Below are positions 48,000 through 59,000 of a stretch of 64,000 nucleotides of DNA, piece after piece. The stretch's first letter is position 1; every line of letters begins with the position of its first letter. Made by a program: the position numbers and the translations under genes. The DNA lies in the NCBI GenBank assembly GCA_965644495.1, contig CBFFSA010000003.1, forward strand, positions 1,054,001-1,118,000, given 5' to 3'. The notes below the pieces were generated by a model. It saw nothing but the letters and a program-made list of their open reading frames with translations, made no database searches and was not told where the DNA came from. The DNA comes from Perkinsela sp. CCAP 1560/9. Lineage: Eukaryota > Protista > Euglenozoa: Kinetoplastea.

Positions 48000-48600
48000 C
48001 CGTTTGCCGCCGTCGAAACGCGGCAGCCGAACTTATTCGGGCGTTGTATGGCGATGACCATTATAAGACGACGGAGAAAGCCGTAGATATCACTTACAAA
48101 TATAGACCGAAAAAATAAAGGCATGAACGGAATATACATATTGCTAATTACCGTACCGAGCAAGGTGAGAAAAATAATGCTCCACGTGACGCGTATTTTT
48201 TTCAGAGGATAATGTTTCTGTTGAAGTCTGCGGTTGCGTGCAAACTTCTTCCATTGCATCAGACCGTGGAACGTGCACTTTGGGGGCAAAGTGCGATACG
48301 ATTCCCAAAACTACTGGACACAGTTGACAGAAATTAAGCTTTTTCGACCTGTGTGGAACATCCACCTTCACACGATGATGCTTTCTTTTTTTCGTGTTAG
48401 ACCAAGGATGAGCAGCACGACGGGAAGAAATCCAGCTTTCTTTGGATATACCATTGTACCTGGCAATACATTCATGTACGTTTGTGACGTCATACCCAAA
48501 AAGTAATCGACTAACAAGTGTGTGACTACTTAGCCGTTTTTTAGCTCGAGAATTCCAATCTTTGGTAGGTATAAGTCTTCGCTTGCTTCGTAATGGCATT
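48000..48600 (-). pseudogene. Possible decayed Merlin/IS1595-type transposase
   Basis: Frameshifted remnants NVLPGTMVY and SVNCVQ*FW..FHG; ~51-bp tandem repeats at 47630-47722 contain ATCCAGT..TGCACCAT, resembling the Merlin TIR at 51060. Confidence 0.3.
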
Positions 48601-49077
48601 AAAATAAACTGGTATGGAACAAAGGAACATGGCTTAAATGTATTCACGTTCAATTGCGAAAATGTATACTAAGGGACACAAACGGCAACGGCTATGGGGT
48701 CTGGTGTGCGGGGCAAAAAGGTTTTATGGGAAATGGAGTCAGAAATACACAGTGGGGGTCATCACTTTCCGGGGGGGTCTAAAATTTATGTCGTGAGTGC
48801 CTTTCACCTAATTCGTTCGGCATTCAATAGATCACGAAATTTCGGGCTGTTTTGCGGTATAAAAACCTATTTTTAAAATTCTATATGAAAAGAATATGCA
48901 AGTATCTCAATACAAGGTGCAAGGAATTTGTAGTGACGAGGAGATTTTTTATCCGCAGTAATGCAAGAGATCAGTTCAATAATAATAAGTTCAATAACAG
49001 TAAAGTAGGTCAAATTACGGTGCAGATAAAAACTTTAGAAATATTCTCCTTAATACATAATATTGCAAGAGTAATTG

Positions 49078-50604
49078 TTACTTGATATCTGGGATGTCTT
49101 CACGGATTTTCCGAACTCTTGATTTCACAAGTTCCCGTATCCATTTCATAGGTTGTGCGCTAATTGATGTGAGGACTCTCTGGTGGAACAATATATGATG
49201 TACATATTGGTTTAGGCAAGTGTCATCTTTCCGCATGTGAAAAAGTAACAATTCGTACGTGTGTGCAGGAAACGTCGGTTCACAATAAGACTTACTAGCT
49301 ATTTCACTGGACTTCGTTGTTGCCGCAAATTCAATACACATCCCCTTTTCCAGAAGCATAATCTCTGGACTTCTTATTGCTGTATCGGATGTTGGCGACT
49401 CCTGGCTTGGTGTCCCTTCAGTAGATCTGCTCATATCCACGGGATACAGAAAACGTTTTGCTCTGGATTTATATATAAAAAGTGGTGATAGAAGCACGTC
49501 CAGCAAAACAAGAGAAGGAATACGATCTGGGAAATTTTTCTTTTCCCTTAAGTTTCGAATAAATGTTTTTGTCACACCCTGGGAACACCATTTCTCTGGG
49601 AAATCGAAAAGCACTGGATTTAAAATACGGTCCAGTCCCGCATGTTGAATAGAAAAACCAATTTTCTCACACTCAAGCAACTGATTAGCATCTGTGAAAC
49701 GCTTAGCTCTTAAAAATGCTGCTTCTGTGATATACGCGTACCTAGTCAGTGACCTATCTTTCATACTTGGATGTGCACCAGTTACCTTGGATAATATAAT
49801 TCTAATTAATTCTTTCACGCTATAACCTTCGCATTTCTCCCCGGAAGTATATTTTCCATTGAATAATCGAGGACAATAGGGTACTTCCAGGTACGTAGCG
49901 AGTAAGGAGTGATGCACTGCGTATATGTTCAATTGTTCGGCAGGTTCTATTTCAATAATAATATTCCTGTTATTGTAGTGCTTGTTCGTACCGTTGATGT
50001 CTTTCTTTAACGATGTTGGAACCTTAAAAAGCAGCGTGGTAAGCGAAGATTCCAGATCCCTTCTTCTGGGAACCCACTCAGCGAGTGGCTCGTGAATATC
50101 GTATTTCATCAATTGGTCAACGTCTTTTGAAGCATCAAAGAATATTGTGATTTTCGACACGTAATTAAAGTAGCTTTTATTCAATTCATGCAGTAGTTGA
50201 TCAGGAGAATTTATACCGCTTGTGGTAGTCGGGATGGCTGTTATAGCTAACTTCAGCAACATAATAGATTGATCCAAAACGTTTGGCCTATGCTCGCACA
50301 CTCTAGAGAAGCGATGCGCGGCGTATAAATCGTATGTCGCAGAGTTGAAGCATTTTAGGGACTCCCCCGTCAAGATGTTTGTGCGTTGATAAGGAACCAT
50401 TTTATCAGGAGTCGAAAGCCTAGAATCATAAAGAGAATTTTTTTCTTTATAATTTTTCTTCAAGTTTTCAAGATGAATATGAAACATTTTCCGAATGCGA
50501 TGTTTGAAGGTGCGCATCTTGTCACACGCCTCCGAGAAGGTAACGATTGTCTGTGACGAATGCAAGGATTCGTTAGAAATATTGTGCTTGTCCATCTCCT
50601 TCAT
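49078..50604 (-). CDS. Hypothetical protein (508 aa, no recognised domain)
   Basis: Long uninterrupted ATG-initiated ORF, co-directional with the host genes. Confidence 0.7.
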   Translation of the reverse strand: MKEMDKHNISNESLHSSQTIVTFSEACDKMRTFKHRIRKMFHIHLENLKKNYKEKNSLYDSRLSTPDKMVPYQRTNILTGESLKCFNSATYDLYAAHRFSRVCEHRPNVLDQSIMLLKLAITAIPTTTSGINSPDQLLHELNKSYFNYVSKITIFFDASKDVDQLMKYDIHEPLAEWVPRRRDLESSLTTLLFKVPTSLKKDINGTNKHYNNRNIIIEIEPAEQLNIYAVHHSLLATYLEVPYCPRLFNGKYTSGEKCEGYSVKELIRIILSKVTGAHPSMKDRSLTRYAYITEAAFLRAKRFTDANQLLECEKIGFSIQHAGLDRILNPVLFDFPEKWCSQGVTKTFIRNLREKKNFPDRIPSLVLLDVLLSPLFIYKSRAKRFLYPVDMSRSTEGTPSQESPTSDTAIRSPEIMLLEKGMCIEFAATTKSSEIASKSYCEPTFPAHTYELLLFHMRKDDTCLNQYVHHILFHQRVLTSISAQPMKWIRELVKSRVRKIREDIPDIK

Positions 50605-50699
50605 CTTCTAGAGTTGCTTAATTAAAATGCAGCATTTCGTATCCAATATCATTACTGATAGGCAAAAAAGTACTACTCCCCCTGTCATTAATTATGATT

Positions 50700-50992
50700 G
50701 CGGTGGTTGTATAACTACCGCTCTACCCTCCATTATTGAAAAGAAAGTGAACAAAAACAGAACCCCCCCTAGACCCCCCTAGGGGGGCATACGCCGGGAA
50801 AATAAAAAAATAAAAAAACCGCAGAAGGGTAGCCGGGGTCTTGGCGTACATTTTCCCACCCTACCGCGTATCCGCAGGACGGGATCGCCAAATTCGGATT
50901 TTTTTGAATTCTTTTTTGGAAAAAAGTCCAATTTGGCGAAAAAAATAGCAAAAAAATATTTTTTCAAATTTATTTCCCCTATTGTATTTTGA
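50700..50992. mobile_element. Repeat family A, copy 3 (truncated)
   Basis: Hairpin plus CCGCAGAAGGGTAGCCGGGGTCTTGGCG and CCGCGTATCCGCAGGACGGG shared with 4791-5275. Confidence 0.75.
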
Positions 50993-51205
50993 GTGTTTGA
51001 CCAAAAATTCGTGGTCGATACTAATAAATTACAATACTTTTTGGCGGGGGTGTATCGGCGGATTATCATATCCAGTGCACCATTTTTTTAGATTATCATA
51101 TCCAGTGCACCAAAAGTCTATTTTTGGAAATTCGTTGCTAGTTCTATTCTACTATAATCCCAATATCTATACTGTATACTCTAATTGTTCTTTTCATTAT
51201 TCCTC

Positions 51206-52164
51206 ATGTCAAAATATCAGAGGCCCGGGCAAAGGGACAGAGTCACCATTCAAGAGATGCTCGAGGCACACGCGACAAGGCGTGAGATCGGCACGGCCAT
51301 CGGTAAATCCCAGAGCACCGTTAGCCGTGATCTGGCCCGTAACAAGAAACGGGGCCGGTGTTACGAAGCCAGCCGCGCACACAGAGTGTCAAAGCGCCGC
51401 CTGGTAAGTATGGCTGTGCTTCCCCGGCTTATCCGTGGGCCTGTGGAGCGCCACATTAAGAAGCGCTTAGGACAACTTCACAGCCCCGAACAGGTAGCCA
51501 ACACCTTAGTTGTTGGCTCCCAAGCTTCACCGTCCGTGACCACTATTTATCTCCATGTGGCACGCGACAAAGACGACGGCGGGAAGCTCTACAAATCCCT
51601 TCGGATTCGTGGCAAGCGTCCTTGTAGGCGTCGCTTCAAACGAGGTCGCCCAACGATCCCAAGCAGAGTCCCCATCCGTCTTCGCCCTGAGATAGTTAAC
51701 AAGAGGCGTCGGTATGGGGATTGGGAAGCGGACCTAGTGGAAGGAAAAAACCACTCAGGGTACATTCTGACCTTGTGTGAGAGAAAGAGTCGGTTCGTTG
51801 TGCTACGTGTGCTACGATCAAAGCATGCGGAAGGAGTTGCAAATCAAATTATAAAGGGCTTAAAGAATTATAAACTTTGTACCATTACGTACGACAACGG
51901 TACAGAATTTTCGAAACATGAGCGGGTGAATGAAAAGTTTCGTTGTAATTATCATATTTCTGCGCTCCGTACCACTCATGGAAAAAGGGGGCGGTGGAAA
52001 ACATGAATCGCCTAATTCGTCAATAGCACAAGGCGACCGACTCTTTTGATTCACTCAGCCTTACGGAGGTCACCAAGACAGCAAGAAAGTTGAAGAAGCG
52101 GCCGAGAAGGGTTTTACGGTGGGAATGTCCGAAGAAATTCGAATACCTGTTTGTTAAAGTTTGA
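51206..52164 (+). pseudogene. IS30-family DDE transposase (one frameshift at ~51955, one in-frame TAG)
   Basis: HTH EIG.AIGKSQSTVSRDLARN, SPEQV, TTIY, RP..V..R...GDWEADLV.G, ERKSR, ITYDNGTEF; shifted frame FCAPYHSWKKGAVENMNRLIRQ and KRPRRVL.W. Confidence 0.9.
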
Positions 52165-52231
52165 AGAGTGACGTTGTGTAAGTAAGTCGAAAGTATAATA
52201 GTATAGAAGTAGAAAGGGTGAAAGTGAAGCA

Positions 52232-54850
52232 TTATTTCCACCGGGCGCTCCCGCATAGGCGAAGAAGGGGAAGGGCGCACTGCCTGGGTAAGTCCTTCAG
52301 CTTACCCAAGAAGTTTGTGACCTTGGGAACCTTCGATAGGACCCATCCCTCTTCAACTGCTCCCGTGGCGCCAATATACGCCCCCAGAAGCTTGAACCCC
52401 CCCGGAGCATGTTGCATCCTGCTCCCCGAGAAGGCCGAGTACAAGTCCGGGTGGCGGGTAGCCACCATGCACTTGGCCGTGTTGAGCTTTAAGCCCAAAA
52501 ACTTGATCTCCGCTTCCATGGAGCCAAGGGCATTTACGCACACCCCGGGCTCCGCGGCTAAGGTTATATCATCCAGATATGCCCATAGCTTTAGGCAGCC
52601 AGAGTATTTTGCCGCCACGGCCGAGATGGCGCCCTGTATCCCTAAGGCGAACAGGATGGGCGCCATCGGGTCCCCTTGTTTCACCCCCCCGGGAGCTAGG
52701 GATGGCAATCCCCTCCCCCAGGTGGAGCTTGCTAGGGGTCCCGTACCCGAAAAGGGAGATCCCGAGCATAGGGGAAAGGTTCGGGTACCTTTTCAAGGCT
52801 CGGAAAATGGCCGCGCGGGAAATGCTGTTAAAAGCATTTTCCAGGTCGACCGCCACGACCACCTCGTCGGGCCTGTCACGGAAGTGATCTCTCACTTCAC
52901 ACACGACGTGCTCGCATCCTTGGGTGTATTGGGCTCCGAATTGGAGGCCCTGGAACACAGCAGGGAGGTGGTCTCTGACCTGTTCAAGGGCTAGAAGACC
53001 CGCGAGCTTCAGGATGACCTCCCCCATGGCTATGGGCCTATAGGATGAGTGATGTCCCACAGAGGCCCCAGGCTTGTTAAAGAGCTTGAGGTTGGCTCCC
53101 GTGAGGAAATCCCTCATCGTGGGAGGGAGGGAGCTCGTGAGGATCCCTTGGATGATCCAAGTGACCACGTCCCTCGGGTCGTCCTCCTGCAGGATGGGGA
53201 CCAGGAGTTCTTTGGTCCATCCGGACGGGCCTGGCGCTCTAAGCGGCGCAAGGCTAGTTGCCTTACGGACAACGTCTGCCGCCGACGGGAGGGGTCCATG
53301 ACATTCCTTTTCATAGACGAACTTGGGGGTGTTATAAGGACCTCCTGCTGGGTGGAGGCGTTTCACCTGTTCCCCCGCTGTAGCCGGGTTTGCCGGTGGA
53401 TCGAGGGGGGCTTCCAAAATTTTAGCCGCCCTCGAGAAAGCCCCCGCCCGGATCAGCTCGATAACCCCTTTGATAACAGAACGGGGGAAGCTGTTGGTGA
53501 GGAGGGGATTTGGAGCGATGGATTCGGACCCCTCTAGGTGAGCCCGTTTCCGTAACTCCCTCGCCAACTGCCTCTGGGACAGCTGTCCTCGGGGAAAAAC
53601 AGGAATCGTTTGACCCCGAGAAGAAGATCCCAGGCGATTTTGGTCTTCCCTTCCTGCGACTTCCTCAAGAAGTCGCTACAGATAGATTTGACGTAGTCTT
53701 TCCACGCGGGGCATTGGACTGCGTACAGTTTACGTAGTGAGCCCCTATCGAGGAGCTGGGCTAGGCTGTCCGGGGAAGGCGTGACGTTACCCTGCTCAGT
53801 GCCCGCGCCTTGGGTATGAGGGGGCGTGGCGCTGGGGGCCATGTCGGGGGGGTCCAGCCCTGCGCGGTGGGAGTACGGAGGCGGAGCATGGGAGGAAGAT
53901 GCATGGAGAGGAGGGTGTTGAGGTGAGGTCACAGCCGCGATACCTTCCATGATAGTTCCTTCCCTGCTGTGGGAAGGGGCGTCGGGCTCCTGGAGGAGGG
54001 CACTCGGGGTCTCGCTCGGTGCCTGCCGGGGCTGGGGGGCGGATGAGGCCAGCGACCCTCGGTTCTTGTGTCTGGGGCCAGGGTTTGCCTCGATGCATCC
54101 CCTGCGTAGATTGCATTTGACAACCCGGGTGGTCCATCCCGTTTCGCTGACTAGGGTTTCTGTAGGGAGGAAACACCATAGCATACCCTCCTCGTATTCG
54201 CGAGGTTTCCAAGCTCCGGTCAGCACTGGGGGAATACCGAGAATCTCACTCAGACCGGCCGGGATGTTGTGGGCCGCCTGTAGTCCGGGGGCGTTAATGA
54301 ACCCGTACATGGATCCATCGTACACCCAAATAACGGCCGCCTCGTTGTTACGGAGGTTGTACGGAGGTAGGGACAGGCTGACCACTACTCGTTGAGCGCG
54401 ATCTAGGCCCTCCCGATCGGTGATAGGGGTGGTTTCGCCAGCACTGTCTTTGAGGAGGAGATTTTCCCCAGGGACCCCTAAAGTGTTCCCCACTGTGCGG
54501 AGGAAAGCTTGGAAAGAGGAGTCCGGTGGGCAGGGGGTAGTGGCATATCCGGCACGCTCCGGCCCGAGATCGAGTAGGATCTTGAAGGGTTCTGAAACAG
54601 AGTCGACCAGGGGATTGGTTGGCGGTGCAGGTGTAGCCTGCGGGGGGATTAGCTTCGTCGCTATCCGGGGAAAGGTGTGGGATGAGGGGGAGAACGAAAG
54701 GTGGGCTGGGGCCAGGGTGGGCCGCCAGCCATCGCACTCGCCTGTGCCCTTTGGAGGTGGGCCTCCATCGTGCAGAACTCCTCATATAGAGCCATGAAGG
54801 AGGAGAAGCGATCGGCCTTGATCCTGAGTGCTTCCGGGGCGTGTTCCTTT
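52232..54850 (-). mobile_element. CRE/SLACS-clade retrotransposon, copy 2 (truncated at both ends)
   Basis: Homologous to 25230-27640; retains YRPIAMGEV, GVKQGDP and WAYLDD. Confidence 0.9.
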
Positions 54851-54975
54851 TTTACATTTTTCAAATATTGGTTTGAACCAAGTATGTTTTCTTTTAGAGT
54901 GTCAGATTATTAAAAATACAAACTTTTTTCACGGTTTTTCACTAAGAACTGCGCACAACAAAACAATTATTTAAG

Positions 54976-55191
54976 TTGTCTGCTGGAAGACGAACCGTAG
55001 CGCGCACTGATTGCTGGCGATCGAGTCGCTCGCTGGGAAACGAGTTGCGGCATGAGACAGTTAATCATCGACAATCTTTGGTGCACACCAACACTGTTGA
55101 ACGCATGAATGAGATGCTCAAGAAGGCAGTACGATCCCGTGGGAATGGGACCCTTGGGTGCTTTGATGAAGAAAGAAAAAATCGACCATAG
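54976..55191 (+). pseudogene. Merlin/IS1595 DDE transposase C-terminal remnant
   Basis: TDCWRS..SL...HETVNH...VHTNTVE..LK motif series. Confidence 0.8.
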
Positions 55192-55639
55192 TTTAGCCGA
55201 GAAGTCGTCAATGATCTGAAGATCGGAAATAGCGGGGGAAATCCTTTATAAGGCGCTTTTTAAAATCCTTTTAAGCGCTTTTTTTAAATCCTTTAAAAAA
55301 GCGAAATCAAAAGAAATAAGTACTAGCGACCCATAAACCTAAAAAAAATCTTCATTTATTTTTTTCCAGAAAAGGCGCAATGATGCTTCACTTTGACCGT
55401 AGAAAGTATTATTTCTGGAAGGTCCAGACCAATGCTTTGTCTCTCACCAGTATGCTTGTTTAAGTTTCCAAGTCGTCTTTTCTGATGTCTAATGCCAGTT
55501 CCATGTAGAAAATTATACCAATCATTTTAGTGTTCAATAAAGTCCTTTTTTTATAAATAATCTTGGTGCACTGGATATGCAAAAATGTTGGTGCACTGGA
55601 TATGATAATCCACGATCTCCTCTAAATATAAACCCGAAA

Positions 55640-55688
55640 CAATAAGCAATAAAATAGCAATAAAATTAGCAATAAATAGCAATAAAAT
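55640..55688 (+). repeat. (AATAAAATAGC)n tandem repeat
   Basis: About four imperfect units seen directly. Confidence 0.8.
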
Positions 55689-55961
55689 GGCCATTCGCGC
55701 AGTTCCGGACCGGGTCTTTCGACCTCACCCGAGCCTGCACTGGTAACCCTTCTCTTGTTATACGGGAGGGCCTTTGTTATACGGGGGGTCTGTGCTGACA
55801 GCAGCCCGGTTGCGAAACAGGATGCTGGCCGACGGAGAGGAACATAGTTCCTGACCCATGTCCTACCTCACTTGGAGTACCTCGCCCGTAAGTGCTAGGC
55901 GTGAGCAGAGACCCTGTCGGCATCGACCTACCTCACCTACCTCACATTGGAGAACCTCACT

Positions 55962-56010
55962 ACATTTATATTATTATATTATTATATTATACAGTTTCTG
56001 TACCTTGTTG
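55962..56010 (+). other. Spliced-leader (mini-exon)-like sequence, not followed by a GT donor
   Basis: TATTATACAGTTTCTGTACCTTGTTG versus the kinetoplastid SL 3' half CAGTTTCTGTACTWTATTG. Confidence 0.65.
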
Positions 56011-56043
56011 ATTTTTTTTTTCTTTCTAAACTGTATCTCCAAC

Positions 56044-59000
56044 ATGTCCGACAATCCCACTTCTCCGCGGAATGTTGACGATGCGCTGCCGGACCTCCCT
56101 CGAGCTTCCGGCGGCGTACAGACGCAAACCCTGCACTTCGTCCACAGCAGATCCCCGTTAAGATACGACGCCTCACTGATCTGCATTGGACGTATTTCCC
56201 GGACATTAAGACCGCGAGCCAATGGTCCATAGTCAGACAAAGAATTCCATCCCGACAAGGTGCGGAAGTAGCTATCACGAAACTGCTGAGTAAGTGTGCA
56301 TCAGCACACGATCTCGTAGCTGAACACACCACCTTTGAGGAGCTCGTGGAGCATAACGCGTGCGACTATATAAAGGTTACGAGGAATGAACACCCCTACA
56401 CCATCTCCCTGCACCCAAACTGGGTCTCGATGCACGCCGACCCTGCCCTCAGCCTGCGAGACAAGTATTCCACCCCAAGCACGCTCAATAAGGCAGTCCT
56501 GAAGGCCTTACAGGGAAGAGAAATATCGGGACTGAAGCACATAAAAATCGAGCTCATAAGAAACCAGGAAACACCAAGCACTGAAACCGCGGAATATGAG
56601 AAGCCGCGCAGGATAGAAGAATCTCCTCATAAAATCGCTCCCCCACGAACGCCAAAGCCCCAGAAGGGTAAAACTGATCAACACAAGGGACCGTGCAAGC
56701 ACCGCTGATTGAGCAAACTCTCCTGTGCTCACAAGTGCTGTAAAATCTATGGACCGCTGCCGAGTGAGGACGCTACATATTGCTCATCAGAAGGAGCACT
56801 GCCACCTGAGATCGTCCCAGAAGGAACCGCAAATAACACCAACCCAGGAGATCCAAGTAAATATACGCCGGAAAGCACCTCTTCGGAACCTGCGACACAT
56901 ACAAAATGCAACACACATGCGTTGAACGGTCACCGCAAACCTACCGTACATGATGAACCTTCCGCCCCGCATCCATGTCGTCATTCCTGCAAGAACAAAG
57001 CTACGTGCGGACATCTATGTTGTAAACGAGGCATTAAATCTTCGCATCTGGACTTTCCAACTTCCGCGACTTCTACAAATGAAAATCTACAAACGAAGCT
57101 ATGCAACGCAATATCACGGGAGGGCGCTCATACAACTTTAGAACGCGGGTTAAACCCGGCAACACAACCTCCACCTGATGTCCAAATGGTCCCACCTGCC
57201 GAGGGAACCCAAACAGAGGGGGCCGACGTCAACCAGAACTCCGTAACACCAAACCTCAACGACAACGATAGTGATTTCCTACTGAAAGCTGCTAAATTGG
57301 CTGGTTGGGCCATGCGTAACGTTATAAACTTCTACCGTCTTCCCAATACTAGCATCAACGGACCAACAAACGGGAACCAACATACTGTGCAAATAACGGA
57401 TGCGACGTGCACTGACAACAAAGATAGCACTATGCACAACCCTGCGCCACTCCCTGACGCGACGCCTAGCAGTGCAGCGCATTACCCACAGAACACCGTA
57501 CACGTGGAACCATGTCGTCACCGATGCTCGGCCAAACTACGCTGTCTGCATAAATGCTGTAAAATATATGGACCGCTTAGGTACAATGAGCCCCTCGTCC
57601 GACCTTCTCCTCTTCCTCCTCCTTCGCACACTACGGAACTTCGAGTTCCATCATGGGATGAAACCAGCGAAAGGGAGCGCCTCCATCTGCTTGAACAACA
57701 CAAAACCATAACAGGAGGAAAAATGTGCCTAAAGCTCAACGACGATCAATGGAAGGCGGTTGAAAACAAGGCATACGATACATGCCGAAGGCTGCAATAT
57801 CCAATAGTAGACACCCCGGAAATCGCAGTGAAAAACGCAGAACTCCTGGGTGCCTCTCTGGCAGTGGCGGCATGCGAAATTGCACAAGAGATTAACCCCA
57901 CTAAAGGTTTCCTCACGCGATCGAAACGCGGACACGCCCGATTCAAGCACCGGCCACTTTCGTCTGAAAATGTAGCCCACGAAATGACGAAACACATACG
58001 CAACCCAAAGAAATCACTACGCTACACACACGGAACGGAACGCCAAGAGCTCCGTCGCTGCATTAAGGAAAGTGAGAAGCTAGAGAAAACATACACAGAA
58101 GAGGCCAAAGCACATAGGAAACAGCTAGAAAGACAATGGGCCCATAGCAGATTCACGCGGAACCCGTGGACAGCAGCATCCGAGGCCTTGGACCGCCCCT
58201 CGACCTCCGCCGCCGCCGAATATCCTGAATGCGATTTACCTACGATAGAAAAATATTTCACAGAAAGCACAGCACCTCCCGCCGAAGAGCATCGCCTGCC
58301 GCCGAACAACGTACTTGGTCCTATACCCATCAAAGAAATGGAATGGTCTCCACTGACCGCGCAAGATGTCGCAGACGCGCTCAGCAGCAAAAGAAGCGCA
58401 AGCGCGCCAGGGCGTGATACGATTACAAACGCACTTCTAAAACAATGCAAATACCTGTACTCCCGTATAGCGAACACGTTTAATGATCTTCTGCGCTACG
58501 GCGTCTGCCCGCCATGCTGGTCCTCCGCCGTAGTTAAACTCATTCACAAAGGAGGCGAAAAACACATCCCGAAAAACTGGAGACCTATTTCCCTGACTAG
58601 CGCTCTAGGCAAACTTTTCAATAGCATGATCGGACACCAAATTTTGACGCATACCGTGTCCTCCGGCCTCCTAGATACAAGCGTTCAAAAAGGCTTTCTT
58701 CAGAAGATGAGTGGTACACTGGAACACACGCAAGCTCTCTCCGAAATACTACAATACTACCGCCTAAACAAAAGGCAATATTGTCTCACGCAGTTTGATC
58801 TCAGCAATGCATTCGGCTCGGTCCCCCATAGCATCATCTTCGAGGCACTGCGATGGGCAAACGTCTCGCCACAAATCGTGTCCTACGTTGAAAGCATGTA
58901 TTCACATGCGGAAATGCGTATTAAGTGTGTCGAAAGTTTGTCACGTGCTATACCGATACACAGAGGCGTACTACAAGGTGATACCCTGTCGCCCATAATT

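Larger units (their letters stand above)
51060..55611. mobile_element. Merlin-type TIR element enclosing an IS30 transposase, a CRE fragment and a Merlin transposase remnant
   Basis: Perfect 23-bp TIR GGATTATCATATCCAGTGCACCA, tandemly doubled at both ends; no clear TSD. Confidence 0.75.

Noticed and set aside
55790-55832. Hammerhead-like CTGACA...GCGAAAC
   Set aside because: The core deviates from CUGANGA and there is no UH cleavage triplet after stem III.
55962-56040. A functional SL RNA gene
   Set aside because: No GT donor or recognisable SL intron follows the exon-like motif, and there is no tandem array.
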